From: an uncultured Planctomycetia bacterium
GTDB lineage: Bacteria; Omnitrophota; Gorgyraeia; Duberdicusellales; Duberdicusellaceae
Direction: 5' to 3'
Assembly (NCBI GenBank): GCA_964634935.1
Contig: CAZWJT010000005.1
Coordinates: 71,128-135,127 of the forward strand
Length of the DNA stretch: 64,000 bases
The notes under the pieces are model-generated. The model saw only the letters and a list, made by a program, of their open reading frames with translations, was not told the DNA's origin and did not search any database. The position numbers and the translations under genes are program-made. Positions within the stretch are counted from its first letter, which is position 1. Each line of letters begins with the position of its first letter. Positions 18,029 to 27,475 of this stretch are shown here, piece after piece.

Positions 18029-19732
18029 TTAGTAAACTACCTCGCCTCCAAAAGTATCAATCACATTATTCAGTGTTTTCTTGGAAACCTCATTCGTGTT
18101 GTCGGGTTTCTTTTTCTCTAAAACATCCTTGGAGAGCATATAGCGTATTCCGATGTCTTTTCCTGTGCAGCGCGCCAGAATATCTTCGACTAATTTTTTA
18201 TTCTCTCGCTTCTCCAGACTCTCTCTGTGTAAGGAACAACCGAGAGGAAAACCAACAATAATGTGATTTTTCTCCACACCCAATACATCTCCCTCCCGGA
18301 GGAAAGTACCGATGGAGATCTTCGCCTTTTCCACCTCCAAAAGCACCTGTTCCCAAATACTCTTGATCTCATCCACTTTGAGCGCCAGATGCTCTTTCGC
18401 TTCTCGGTCAGGAATTTCCGGAAACCCTTCTTTTGGCTCTTGAACAATAACGTTTTTTTTCGTCCGAAAAAGCTCATCAGCAATACCGTGGAAATCATCC
18501 GCAGTAATTTCTTTCCCGTAAGATGTTTTCTCCTGAGCATGCTCTTGCCCGGGTAAAAATTTAGCGGTTTTGAGCTCTGGGGTTTTCGGATTTTCTTTTG
18601 GAACAGAACCAGAAAGTTCAGCACAGGTTAAGCGTATGAGGGCTACTTCGAGAGGAATCCGGAAAGAATCGATATTCCGAGCGTTCTTGTAAATCTCCAA
18701 GAAACATTCCATACAGTTCAACAAAAAACCTGCCTGTACACTTTGACTTAAGCTGTTCATATGCTTTTTTGTTTCCGGAGAGATGCCCACATGTGAGTTA
18801 AAAACTTTTACGGCGATTTTTGCACAGAGGAGCTGGCGGAAAAATTCAAGCAGCGATTTCAAAAAACTATCAAAATCGCGTCCCTGATGAATCAGCTCCT
18901 CCACCATTTCCAGGCATGCCTTGGTGTCTTTTTGAATAATCCGCCGAGACATTTCGAACAGAAGCTTCTCGTCAATTATTCCCAACATTTCAAAAACTTC
19001 AGGCAAAGACGCGCCGCTCAACAATGATGGGACTAACTGATCAAATAAAGATTCTGCGTCGCGGATACTTCCTCCAGAATTGGCCGCAATCGTCGCTGCT
19101 ATTGTTTCATCAACCCGGATATTTTCTTTCTGGGCTATAGCCATCAATTGCCGGACAATTTTCTCCTGTTCCACGAGTTGAAAGTTAAATTTTTGGCACC
19201 GCGAAAGAATAGTCAGCGGTAGCTTGTTCGGCTCGGTAGTCGCAAAAATAAATTTAACGTGCAGGGGAGGCTCCTCCAATGTTTTTAAAAGCGCATTAAA
19301 TGCGGGCTCAGTAAGCATATGCACCTCATCGATAATGTAAATCTTATACCGGCTCAAAGAAGGTGCTAAATGAATATTCTCCCGAAGGGTTCTTATTTCA
19401 TCGATGCCCCGGTTCGATGCTCCATCGATCTCAATAACATCAAGCGCATTCCCTTGTTGGATACTGGCACAGCTGGGACATGTACCGCATGGCTTCACTG
19501 AAGGCTTCTGAAACGTTTGACAGTTCAATGCTTTAGCCACAATCCGAGCAACCGTGGTTTTACCAACGCCTCTTGGACCAGCGAAAAGATATGCGTGGTA
19601 AATTCTCCCGCTTTGAATCGATTCGGATAAAGTCCTAACGATAGCTTCTTGGCCAATAACTTCAGAAAAATCCTGGGGTCTATACTTGCGGGCAAAAACC
19701 AAATAATTCACGAAACCATCCTTCCTCTGCAT
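18029..19732 (-). CDS. dnaX: DNA polymerase III subunit gamma/tau
   Basis: Walker A 'GPRGVGKTT', zinc module 'CGTCPSCASIQQG' and 'SRCQKF' sensor motif. It is 567 aa. Confidence 0.9.
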   Translation of the reverse strand: MQRKDGFVNYLVFARKYRPQDFSEVIGQEAIVRTLSESIQSGRIYHAYLFAGPRGVGKTTVARIVAKALNCQTFQKPSVKPCGTCPSCASIQQGNALDVIEIDGASNRGIDEIRTLRENIHLAPSLSRYKIYIIDEVHMLTEPAFNALLKTLEEPPLHVKFIFATTEPNKLPLTILSRCQKFNFQLVEQEKIVRQLMAIAQKENIRVDETIAATIAANSGGSIRDAESLFDQLVPSLLSGASLPEVFEMLGIIDEKLLFEMSRRIIQKDTKACLEMVEELIHQGRDFDSFLKSLLEFFRQLLCAKIAVKVFNSHVGISPETKKHMNSLSQSVQAGFLLNCMECFLEIYKNARNIDSFRIPLEVALIRLTCAELSGSVPKENPKTPELKTAKFLPGQEHAQEKTSYGKEITADDFHGIADELFRTKKNVIVQEPKEGFPEIPDREAKEHLALKVDEIKSIWEQVLLEVEKAKISIGTFLREGDVLGVEKNHIIVGFPLGCSLHRESLEKRENKKLVEDILARCTGKDIGIRYMLSKDVLEKKKPDNTNEVSKKTLNNVIDTFGGEVVY

Positions 19733-19848
19733 TCAAAAGACATCGCCCATAAAATAATCTTTTTCGACAAGAATCATATTTAAACGAGGAGGTGAGAGAG
19801 AAATTTTCTATTGCCCTATTGTATCCTTTCAAGAACAAAAAACAAGCA

Positions 19849-21750
19849 CTATCTTTTCTGGAAACACGCTTGCATCTTCTTACGAAGAAGTGCCTGTGCG
19901 GAAGAATCTCGGCTTAAGCGGAAAAATCTATGGGTGTATTCCAGAAACAACTTGCAATCACCCTGACTCTCAGCAATAAGCCCAAGAGCCAGATAGACAA
20001 GCGGCGAGAGCGCCTCGCCCTGATAAAATGACTTCTCCAACAATTCTTTTGCGCGTCGGTAATCACGCTGGTTAAAAAAATAAAGCCCTCCAAGCATGTT
20101 GGCCCGGCGGGAATGCGCGGAAAACTGCAATAACCGATTAAGCTCAGAAACCGCCTGGGGATAAGCCTCAAGCTGAGACAAAATTGCCGCATCGTTCAAA
20201 AATGGCTTCAAAATCCGGTAGGCATACTGAACACGGGATGGAAAACGATCGACCCTGGCAAAAATAACATGGTAATCATCCCAATAGAGCACCATAAACC
20301 GAGGATCTTCATCGAGAAATTTCCAAATGGAATATAAGCCATTTCGTGGATAAGTAAGAATAAAATAATCGATCGCATGCTTTGCAATGATTCTTTCAAG
20401 ATCTTCTTTGCTGCGCCCAGCAGTTACATAATCCTCGACGAAAAATTTTGGAGGATAACAGTCGATGACTCTTCCATCGATAAATACCTTTCGTTCAGGA
20501 TAAGCATTCCAAATCAAATAGCTTCCGAGATCAAGCTGGTTGAACATGTTCCCTTGGATATCAGCCTGCCTGAGAAACGAGACTACCCCCTTGATATCCC
20601 GCGAGGGGTGAATTCCAAAACCAAACTTTCTCTGCAGAAAACCGGTCTGATAGCCAAAGAATGCGACCCAAATCGAACCAAAAAGTCCAAGAAACGTTAT
20701 GATGAGAAATATTTTTTTGTCCTGTAGAAAACGAAAGGAAAATCTTCCTCTGCTTTCCGGAGAAGAATACTGTGCGTACGCCGCATAAAATACCACTAAA
20801 ATCCCATAACAAGCCGACGGAATGAAACGTACCGCGCGCAGAGAAAGCACAGAAAATAAAACCAGAAGAAACCAGGAATGGAGGCGTATTCTGCGGAAGT
20901 TGGCGAAAAACCATACGACTACGCAGAAAAGAAGAAAGAAATACAGGATAACATAAGGCATACTTAAATACATACGCTGGAAAGGAGACATCCACTCATA
21001 GATAAACTGTCTTTGGTTATAAAAGTTATCGAAGAAAAAACGCAATGGCTCAAGATAAACAAAAACCCCGGAAGGATTCATACAGGCGGCAAGACAGGTT
21101 GCGAAAAAACAAAGATAGTAAGAACGAGGGATTTCTTTTCGTGCAAACAATCTGCTTACAAAAAAGAATAAAAAAATCCCAGCCCCAAGAATAGCGGAAT
21201 AATTCATATTGGCCCACAGAATCTGCACCAGAGGTAAACCATACAGGAAGCGCGTCGGTCGCACTTCAGCAATAAAAAGCGTGCAGAGAAAAAAAGTCAT
21301 AAAGAAATCAGCAAAAATATGGGGACGCTCTATGAAGCGTTCGGCGCAGATAAATGCCCCGAAAAACAAAAGCAAATAGGAAAAAAAGTTATAAAAACGC
21401 AGTAGTATAAGAAATCGCGCGATTATAAGAAAAATTCCAAGCACCACGAGAAACTTGAACAGAATCAGACCAGTTATACCAGCCCATTGGTAAATAAGAT
21501 AAAAAACGACTTGCCCAAGCCATTCAACATTAATCCATACCGAAGCAGGACGCGTAAATGAAAAGGGGTCGCTCGTCAAAATCTTTCCTTCTCGGAAAAT
21601 GAACTCTCCAGTCTTCAGGTGTGTCCCAATATCGTCACTTTGGACGGGAAATATCGAGAGAACAAAAATAAAAAGAGCAAGAACACATATAGAAAAAACT
21701 GTTAAACCGTAAAAAGAACGGTCGCGATCACAAGATTGAACAATATTCAT
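19849..21750 (-). CDS. Polytopic membrane protein with C-terminal TPR repeats; GT-C-like (PMT_2/ArnT-type) glycosyltransferase candidate
   Basis: At least 10 predicted TM helices, with a 'QSDDIGTH' acidic motif in the first extracytoplasmic loop as in GT-C enzymes. The C-terminal ~150 aa are TPR-like ('AKELLEKSFYQGEALSPLVYLALGLIAESQGD'). Confidence 0.4.
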   Translation of the reverse strand: MNIVQSCDRDRSFYGLTVFSICVLALFIFVLSIFPVQSDDIGTHLKTGEFIFREGKILTSDPFSFTRPASVWINVEWLGQVVFYLIYQWAGITGLILFKFLVVLGIFLIIARFLILLRFYNFFSYLLLFFGAFICAERFIERPHIFADFFMTFFLCTLFIAEVRPTRFLYGLPLVQILWANMNYSAILGAGIFLFFFVSRLFARKEIPRSYYLCFFATCLAACMNPSGVFVYLEPLRFFFDNFYNQRQFIYEWMSPFQRMYLSMPYVILYFFLLFCVVVWFFANFRRIRLHSWFLLVLFSVLSLRAVRFIPSACYGILVVFYAAYAQYSSPESRGRFSFRFLQDKKIFLIITFLGLFGSIWVAFFGYQTGFLQRKFGFGIHPSRDIKGVVSFLRQADIQGNMFNQLDLGSYLIWNAYPERKVFIDGRVIDCYPPKFFVEDYVTAGRSKEDLERIIAKHAIDYFILTYPRNGLYSIWKFLDEDPRFMVLYWDDYHVIFARVDRFPSRVQYAYRILKPFLNDAAILSQLEAYPQAVSELNRLLQFSAHSRRANMLGGLYFFNQRDYRRAKELLEKSFYQGEALSPLVYLALGLIAESQGDCKLFLEYTHRFFRLSRDSSAQALLRKKMQACFQKR

Positions 21751-22094
21751 AGCGGGAAAACGTTCTTTAAAAGATAATATTCTTCTCCCAAAGAAAATGC
21801 GACCACTGACACGATATCAAAACGAAAGTTCTTGTCTGGCTTTCTGCGAGCATAAGAAACAGCCACTCTTTTGATTCTTTCTTCCTTTTGTCTATCTACG
21901 GCTTGTGCGGGAAAAAATTTGTAGCGCGAACTCCGCCCTTTCACTTCAACAAAACAGATAGTTCCCTGATCTTCCGCCACAATGTCTATCTCGCCAAATC
22001 GAGTTCGTAGATTGCGCTCGAGAATTCGATAGCCTTTCCGCTGTAAAAATAAACAGGCATAATCCTCAAAAAGCTTTCCTGCTTTCTGACTCAT
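21747..22094 (-). CDS. yraN: YraN family (UPF0102) endonuclease-like protein
   Basis: 'LQRKGYRILERNLRTRFGEIDIVAEDQGTICFVEVKGR' is the YraN/PD-(D/E)xK-like core. It is 115 aa and sits downstream of rnhB as in many genomes. Confidence 0.75.
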   Translation of the reverse strand: MSQKAGKLFEDYACLFLQRKGYRILERNLRTRFGEIDIVAEDQGTICFVEVKGRSSRYKFFPAQAVDRQKEERIKRVAVSYARRKPDKNFRFDIVSVVAFSLGEEYYLLKNVFPL

Positions 22095-22699
22095 AAGAAA
22101 TCCTCCGGTTTCACTGGCTTTTGCCCGCAGGAAAAAGTACGCCGATGAATCCTTGAAAAACCATTCTTTTCGATTGCGTGGTAATGTTCAGGCGTAGGAT
22201 ATCCCTTATGCCGGACAAAACCCCACTGTGGATACAAGCGATCGTACCCACACATAATTCTATCGCGGAGAACCTTAGCCAGAATTGAAGCAGCGGAAAC
22301 CTCAGGGATAAAATCATCAGCATCAACAATAGAGCGCGCATGGATTGGAAGGCCTGTCTGGAAAAGGGGACCGTCAACAAGAAAAACAACATCCGAGATA
22401 GCAATATTTGTTTTTTCTAGAAATTTACGAATTGCCTTGTGAAACGCAGAATAGGTTGCTTGAAGAATATTTTCAGAATCAACAATCCGGTGGTCAACGA
22501 GGCCAAAAGAATAAAAAGCAGTGTTACAAATCTTCGGGAAAAGTGTTTGCCGTTGTTGGGGAGAAAGTTTTTTGGAGTCGCGAACCGTAAAATCAGGTAA
22601 ACGACGGAAACACACACAAGCAGCGACAACCGGACCGGCAAGCGGACCACGGCCTGCTTCATCGAGCCCGGCTATGAATCTGAATTTCCGAGGGATCAC
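22091..22699 (-). CDS. rnhB: Ribonuclease HII
   Basis: 'GLDEAGRGPLAGPVV' N-terminal active-site motif in a 202-aa protein. Confidence 0.9.
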   Translation of the reverse strand: MIPRKFRFIAGLDEAGRGPLAGPVVAACVCFRRLPDFTVRDSKKLSPQQRQTLFPKICNTAFYSFGLVDHRIVDSENILQATYSAFHKAIRKFLEKTNIAISDVVFLVDGPLFQTGLPIHARSIVDADDFIPEVSAASILAKVLRDRIMCGYDRLYPQWGFVRHKGYPTPEHYHAIEKNGFSRIHRRTFSCGQKPVKPEDFL

Positions 22700-22767
22700 A
22701 AGCGAAAAGTGCTCAAAATTGTTTCCGGGAGAATCTTACGCTCCTGAATGAAACCGAGCAGTGCTCG

Positions 22768-23115
22768 TTAAACTACGTTCGCTTTTTTCCCTGCTTTTCC
22801 GCGCAGATAGTATAAGCGGCTTCTCCGAGGCTGACGTTTTGCGTTCTGCACCAATTCAATTCGCTCCAAATTCGGAGAATACAAAGGAAAGGTAATTTCC
22901 ATCCCTTCTCCATACGAAGTTCGGCGCACCGTAAAAGCCCGACGGTTCATCTCTGACTGCATCTTAATCACGATGCCCTCAACGGTATGAGTACGCTCTT
23001 TATCCCCTTCTTTTATCTTATAATCCACCCGGATCGTATCCCCTACCCGAAATTCAGGGAAACTCTTTCCATACTCTTTTTGTGCCTGACGTTCAAAATC
23101 AACCAATTTATTCAT
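22768..23115 (-). CDS. rplS: 50S ribosomal protein L19
   Basis: 'FRVGDTIRVDYKIKEGDKERTHTVEGIVIKMQ' is strongly L19. It is 115 aa. Confidence 0.9.
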   Translation of the reverse strand: MNKLVDFERQAQKEYGKSFPEFRVGDTIRVDYKIKEGDKERTHTVEGIVIKMQSEMNRRAFTVRRTSYGEGMEITFPLYSPNLERIELVQNAKRQPRRSRLYYLRGKAGKKANVV

Positions 23116-23292
23116 ATTATCCTCCTCTATAAACTTATTGTTTTGCTTTTAAGTGGATATTACTATACCAAAATAAATCATTAATGCAATATCCTTGCAT
23201 AAAAATAATTTTATGATAATATAACACCCACCAGAGAGAATGAAAGCAGTATCCGCTTCCGTCCCAAGGTAAGAAGAAAAAACCAAGAAATT

Positions 23293-24231
23293 ATGATCAA
23301 AAAAACAAAAACAATCAAGCTAAAAGACCCCATTCTCATTGCCTGTTGGCCGGGAATGGGAGAAGTCGCTATAAAATCAGGTATTTTCTTACGAGATACC
23401 CTGGGATTCAAAGAATTTGCCGAGATCCAAAATTCTGGGCTTTTTGAACCAGCGGGAATTATGGTAGAAAACGGGATTATCTCTATGCCAGATTTTAAAG
23501 AGGGCATCTTCTACCATTGGCGGGGCAAAAAGAAAGACATTGTCCTCTTTCTTGCGGAAATTCAACCAGCTTTGGATAAAGGCTACGTATTCTCGAAAAA
23601 AATCATTGAATTCGCTCGATCCTTGAAAATAAAGACAGTCATCACTTTCGCAGCAATGCCTTCTCCGATAGAACATACGCAGCCGACAGTAACCTGGGTA
23701 GCGGCAACAGAAAAAAATATCCTTCAAGAATGCACGCGATATGGAGCTAAAGCGGTTAAAGAAGGACAGATCAGCGGCCTCAATGGACTCTTAATTGGCG
23801 TGGCGCGCGAAAAAAGAATGAAAGGATTCTGTCTCTTGGGGGAAATTCCGCTCTATACTATTCAGATAGAAAATCCAAAAGCCTCCAAGGCTGTTTTAGA
23901 GATTGTTTCCAAATACCTCGGCATAGATCTGGAACTCTCCTCATTTGACCAAAAAGCCCAATATATCGATCAAGAAATCAACAAATTAATCGGTTATCTT
24001 AAAGGCGAAAACCCAACAGCCACACCCTTAAGCGAAGACGATATCACGAAGATAAAAAATGAGCTTGCCCGCCTGACTCGGCTCCCTGCTTCAATTGAAG
24101 AGAAAATAGAAGATTTATTTAAGAAATCACACCAAGAAGCGCGGTATTCAACTGAGCTCAAAAAACTACTTGACGATTGGGGAGTTTACAAAAAATACGA
24201 AGACAGGTTTCTAGATCTTTTCCGCAAATAA
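23293..24231 (+). CDS. PAC2 (proteasome assembly chaperone 2)-family protein
   Basis: N-terminal 'KLKDPILIACWPGMGEVAIKSG' resembles the PAC2/DUF75 N-terminal motif. It is a lone plus-strand gene of 312 aa. Confidence 0.45.
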   Translation: MIKKTKTIKLKDPILIACWPGMGEVAIKSGIFLRDTLGFKEFAEIQNSGLFEPAGIMVENGIISMPDFKEGIFYHWRGKKKDIVLFLAEIQPALDKGYVFSKKIIEFARSLKIKTVITFAAMPSPIEHTQPTVTWVAATEKNILQECTRYGAKAVKEGQISGLNGLLIGVAREKRMKGFCLLGEIPLYTIQIENPKASKAVLEIVSKYLGIDLELSSFDQKAQYIDQEINKLIGYLKGENPTATPLSEDDITKIKNELARLTRLPASIEEKIEDLFKKSHQEARYSTELKKLLDDWGVYKKYEDRFLDLFRK

Positions 24232-24253
24232 CAATTTAATACTCCCTCACCTT

Positions 24254-25411
24254 TTACCGCTTTTCCAGAATAACCAATGTTTCGACATGGGCAGTATGTG
24301 GGAAAAAATCAAACGGCTGGATAAGAACTATCTTGTAATGCAATCTAAATTCTCTTAAATCTGCCGCGAGGGTCTGAGGGTTACATGAAGAATAAAAAAT
24401 AGTCTGAGGAGCAATCTCTACTATCCGACGTGCTATTCGATACGACATCCCTGAACGAGGAGGATTTAGTAAAACTATATCGAAATTTCTCCGCCAGGCA
24501 TTGAGATTTTCAAAAAGCACTCTCCGCGCATCGCCCTGGATAAATGTAATATTACCCAGTCCGTTCGCCCGGGCATTTTCCCGAGCATTCTCTATGCCGC
24601 AAACATCAACCCCTATTACCGAAGAAACACACTGCGCCAGAAATAACCCCAAGCCGCCGATTCCACAGAAAAGATCTAAAACTGTTCGGTGAGGAATATT
24701 TTGCACATAGGAAGCAACCTTTTGGTAAAAAAAAGAGAGTATCGAACAATTTACCTGAAAGAATGAGAATGGATAGATTTTGTATGTAACCCCGAGAATA
24801 TTTTCTTGAATGCATCTTGCCCCGTACATAAGCACACTTTCCTCTGCGACGACAGCATCGGAAAAAGAATCGCTTTTTGTCCAAAGAAGAGATCGAATAT
24901 CTCCGTGAAGCTTCAACCCAAGGAGCCGGCGTTGAAGCTCGGAAGAATCGAATGTCGATTGCGAAGTAGTGACTATATTGATAAGAAGCTCTCTGTGTTC
25001 CTGAGCGGTACGGATCACTAAGTATCGTAAAAACCCTTTCCGCGTAAAGTTATCGTAAACAGACAAGCCATAATCACGGACAAAATCGCCAAGAGTTTGG
25101 AGTATCGGCTTCAGATCCGGAGAGAAAATATTGCAGGCCAAAGCGCTTACGATCTGCCGTTCACTTCCCTTCCGGTGAAACCCGATAACGCATTGGCCAT
25201 CCACGTATCCGAAACTTAATTCAATTTTGTTCCGATATTCGTACTGCCGAAACGACGGGATAATCGGCATAACGGAAATGCCTTCTTCTTGCTGAAAAAA
25301 ACCATCTACGATCTTTTGCTTATGGGCTAATTGTTCAGCGTACGGCATGCCCTGGAAAACACAACCTCCGCATGATCCTGCCTGGGGACAACTATTGATA
25401 AGGGGAAACAT
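24254..25411 (-). CDS. 23S rRNA (uracil-C5)-methyltransferase, RlmC/RlmD (RumA/RumB) family
   Basis: N-terminal Cys cluster 'CPQAGSCGGC' (Fe-S), SAM motif 'VLDLFCGIGGLGLFLA' and C-terminal catalytic Cys region. No TRAM domain is present, which favours the RlmC type. Confidence 0.7.
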   Translation of the reverse strand: MFPLINSCPQAGSCGGCVFQGMPYAEQLAHKQKIVDGFFQQEEGISVMPIIPSFRQYEYRNKIELSFGYVDGQCVIGFHRKGSERQIVSALACNIFSPDLKPILQTLGDFVRDYGLSVYDNFTRKGFLRYLVIRTAQEHRELLINIVTTSQSTFDSSELQRRLLGLKLHGDIRSLLWTKSDSFSDAVVAEESVLMYGARCIQENILGVTYKIYPFSFFQVNCSILSFFYQKVASYVQNIPHRTVLDLFCGIGGLGLFLAQCVSSVIGVDVCGIENARENARANGLGNITFIQGDARRVLFENLNAWRRNFDIVLLNPPRSGMSYRIARRIVEIAPQTIFYSSCNPQTLAADLREFRLHYKIVLIQPFDFFPHTAHVETLVILEKR

Positions 25412-25437
25412 TGATTAATGCGGCATGCAGAAAAAAC

Positions 25438-26337
25438 TCACTGGTCGCTATACCCTAATTCCGTGAGAATTCTTGGCTTAGACTGCCAGTCACGCACAAC
25501 CTTCACCGTCAAATCAAGAAAAACCTTTTTTTTCATGATATCCTCGATATCCTTCCGAGAAAGTATGCCAACTTGTTTTACCCGCTCTCCGGATTTTCCA
25601 ACAACAATCGGCTTTTGCGATTCTTTTTCAATATAGATCATTGCCTTAATATATAATACGTTTCCCTTGTCGGTAATTTCCTCAGTCTTTACTGCCACGG
25701 CATGGGGTAGCTCTTGCCGCAACATCGAGAAAAGTTTCTCACGGATAATGTCGGAAATTCTAAATTCCAAGGAGAAATCCGTGAGTTGATCTTTTTCATA
25801 GAACGGATCACCCTCCGGAAGAGACTCCAAAAGCGCCGATTTCAGCTCTCCAACATTCTGCCCGGACAACGCTGAAATAGGGATAAAATACTTAATCAGG
25901 TTTTTATTTTCGATCTTTTCCTTGCAAAGATCTACATAGAGAGAAAGATAATCGGTCGACCGGTCTATTTTATTCAGAGCCACAATTGTCGGGATGTTTA
26001 GTCTTGAGATGAGTTGCACTATTTTTTGCTCTTCCTGCAGGGGAAAGCGGGCAACATCAGCGACATATAAAACTATATCGCAATATTCGAGCGATTTCTT
26101 AGCCAAGCTATTAAGATGTGAAGACAGGTGATGAGAAAACTCATGCATACCCGGAACATCAACAAAAATCATCTGGTACTGTTCAGTAGTCAAAATACCC
26201 CGAACCATATGCCTGGTAGTCTGGGGGACAGAAGAAACTATACTGATTTTCTGCCCAACCAGTTGATTCACCAAGGTTGACTTACCCACATTTGGCCTGC
26301 CGAGAAGCGTGATAAAACCACACTGAAAATTACCCAT
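25438..26337 (-). CDS. era: GTPase Era
   Basis: G1 'GRPNVGKST', G3 'DVPG' and G4 'NKID' motifs, plus a C-terminal KH domain. It is 299 aa. Confidence 0.9.
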   Translation of the reverse strand: MGNFQCGFITLLGRPNVGKSTLVNQLVGQKISIVSSVPQTTRHMVRGILTTEQYQMIFVDVPGMHEFSHHLSSHLNSLAKKSLEYCDIVLYVADVARFPLQEEQKIVQLISRLNIPTIVALNKIDRSTDYLSLYVDLCKEKIENKNLIKYFIPISALSGQNVGELKSALLESLPEGDPFYEKDQLTDFSLEFRISDIIREKLFSMLRQELPHAVAVKTEEITDKGNVLYIKAMIYIEKESQKPIVVGKSGERVKQVGILSRKDIEDIMKKKVFLDLTVKVVRDWQSKPRILTELGYSDQ

Positions 26338-27475
26338 TTTCTCCTATCGTATGATCAAGTTCGCATAAAAAATCCTTCAGCACCCGCACTCCCAGGAAAA
26401 CATTCTTAACTGCCACATACTCGTCGCTTGCATGCGCGGTTGCACGACTGCCGAATCCAAACGCACAGCCGCATATTCCACGCTGAGCAAGATAAGTGAT
26501 CACGGTCGCTCCCTTACTGATGAGCGGCTTAAAACCAATCTGATGAGCCCGCAAGACCCGCTGAAACGTCCGCATCAAAATATTGCCCTTCTCCAACTGA
26601 ATGGACGGTTGATACGCCAAGACAGAAAATCTGCACGAAATGGCGTTTCGACGCACAATATCTCTCACCCGCCGGATCACGTCTTTTTTTCTTTGAGAAA
26701 AAAAACGTATATCAATTTCGGCCTTACAGGCATCCGCAACAATATTCACCTTTTCCCCGCCTTGAATTCTCCCAAAATTGACAGTCATGGCCTTTGTGGG
26801 ATCTTTTTCTCGGTATAACTTTTCAAGTTCCTTTATCTCTGACAAAATCTTCAGCATTTCCTCGATCGCGTTTCTTCCTCGTTCGGGATAAGCCCCGTGC
26901 GCTTTCTTTCCTGCGACTTCCAGTTCGATGTGAAGCAAAGCTTTCTGCCCATAAACTACTTCGAATTCATCACAATCAAGAACGACTCCATAATCGATCT
27001 TCCCAAGCCGAGGAAGAAGAGGAATAATCCCCAAAGCATTCCCTGTTTCTTCATCAGCTGAAGCAGCGAGAATAACATCAAGATTTTCAAGCTTTCCTTT
27101 TTCTTCGCGCAACTGCATAAGCGCCTCTGCGGCAACTGCAACATTAACTTTGCAATCCGTAGCTCCCCTTCCATAAACACGTCCTCTTTGAACAAACCCG
27201 CTGAAAGGATTGACGGTCCATTTATCGCCAGCGGGAACCGTGTCCAGATGGGGCGTTAACAAAATCTTTTTTCTATGGGTTTTCGAAGGAAAAGCAGCAA
27301 TGAGATTTGAACGGTGTTTCTTAAATTCAAGAATTTTGCATGAAAACCCTCCTGACCGAAGAAACGCTCGTAAATACCTCGCTACCTTTTCTTCATTCCC
27401 AGGAGGATTTTCCGAATTTATCCTCACTAAGGATGTTAAAATGGAAATTACGCGCTCTTTTTTATTCATGATCAC
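26330..27475 (-). CDS. M20 family metallopeptidase (ArgE/DapE-type deacylase)
   Basis: 'LTPHLDTVPAGDKWTVNPFSG' and 'GRGATDCK' are M20 metal-binding motifs. It overlaps era by 8 nt. Confidence 0.75.
   Translation of the reverse strand: MIMNKKERVISILTSLVRINSENPPGNEEKVARYLRAFLRSGGFSCKILEFKKHRSNLIAAFPSKTHRKKILLTPHLDTVPAGDKWTVNPFSGFVQRGRVYGRGATDCKVNVAVAAEALMQLREEKGKLENLDVILAASADEETGNALGIIPLLPRLGKIDYGVVLDCDEFEVVYGQKALLHIELEVAGKKAHGAYPERGRNAIEEMLKILSEIKELEKLYREKDPTKAMTVNFGRIQGGEKVNIVADACKAEIDIRFFSQRKKDVIRRVRDIVRRNAISCRFSVLAYQPSIQLEKGNILMRTFQRVLRAHQIGFKPLISKGATVITYLAQRGICGCAFGFGSRATAHASDEYVAVKNVFLGVRVLKDFLCELDHTIGENG

Noticed and set aside
18190-18624. 144-aa K/R-rich ORF inside dnaX (different frame, same strand)
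   Set aside because: It is embedded in a well-supported dnaX reading frame and has no domain signature, so it is a frame artefact.
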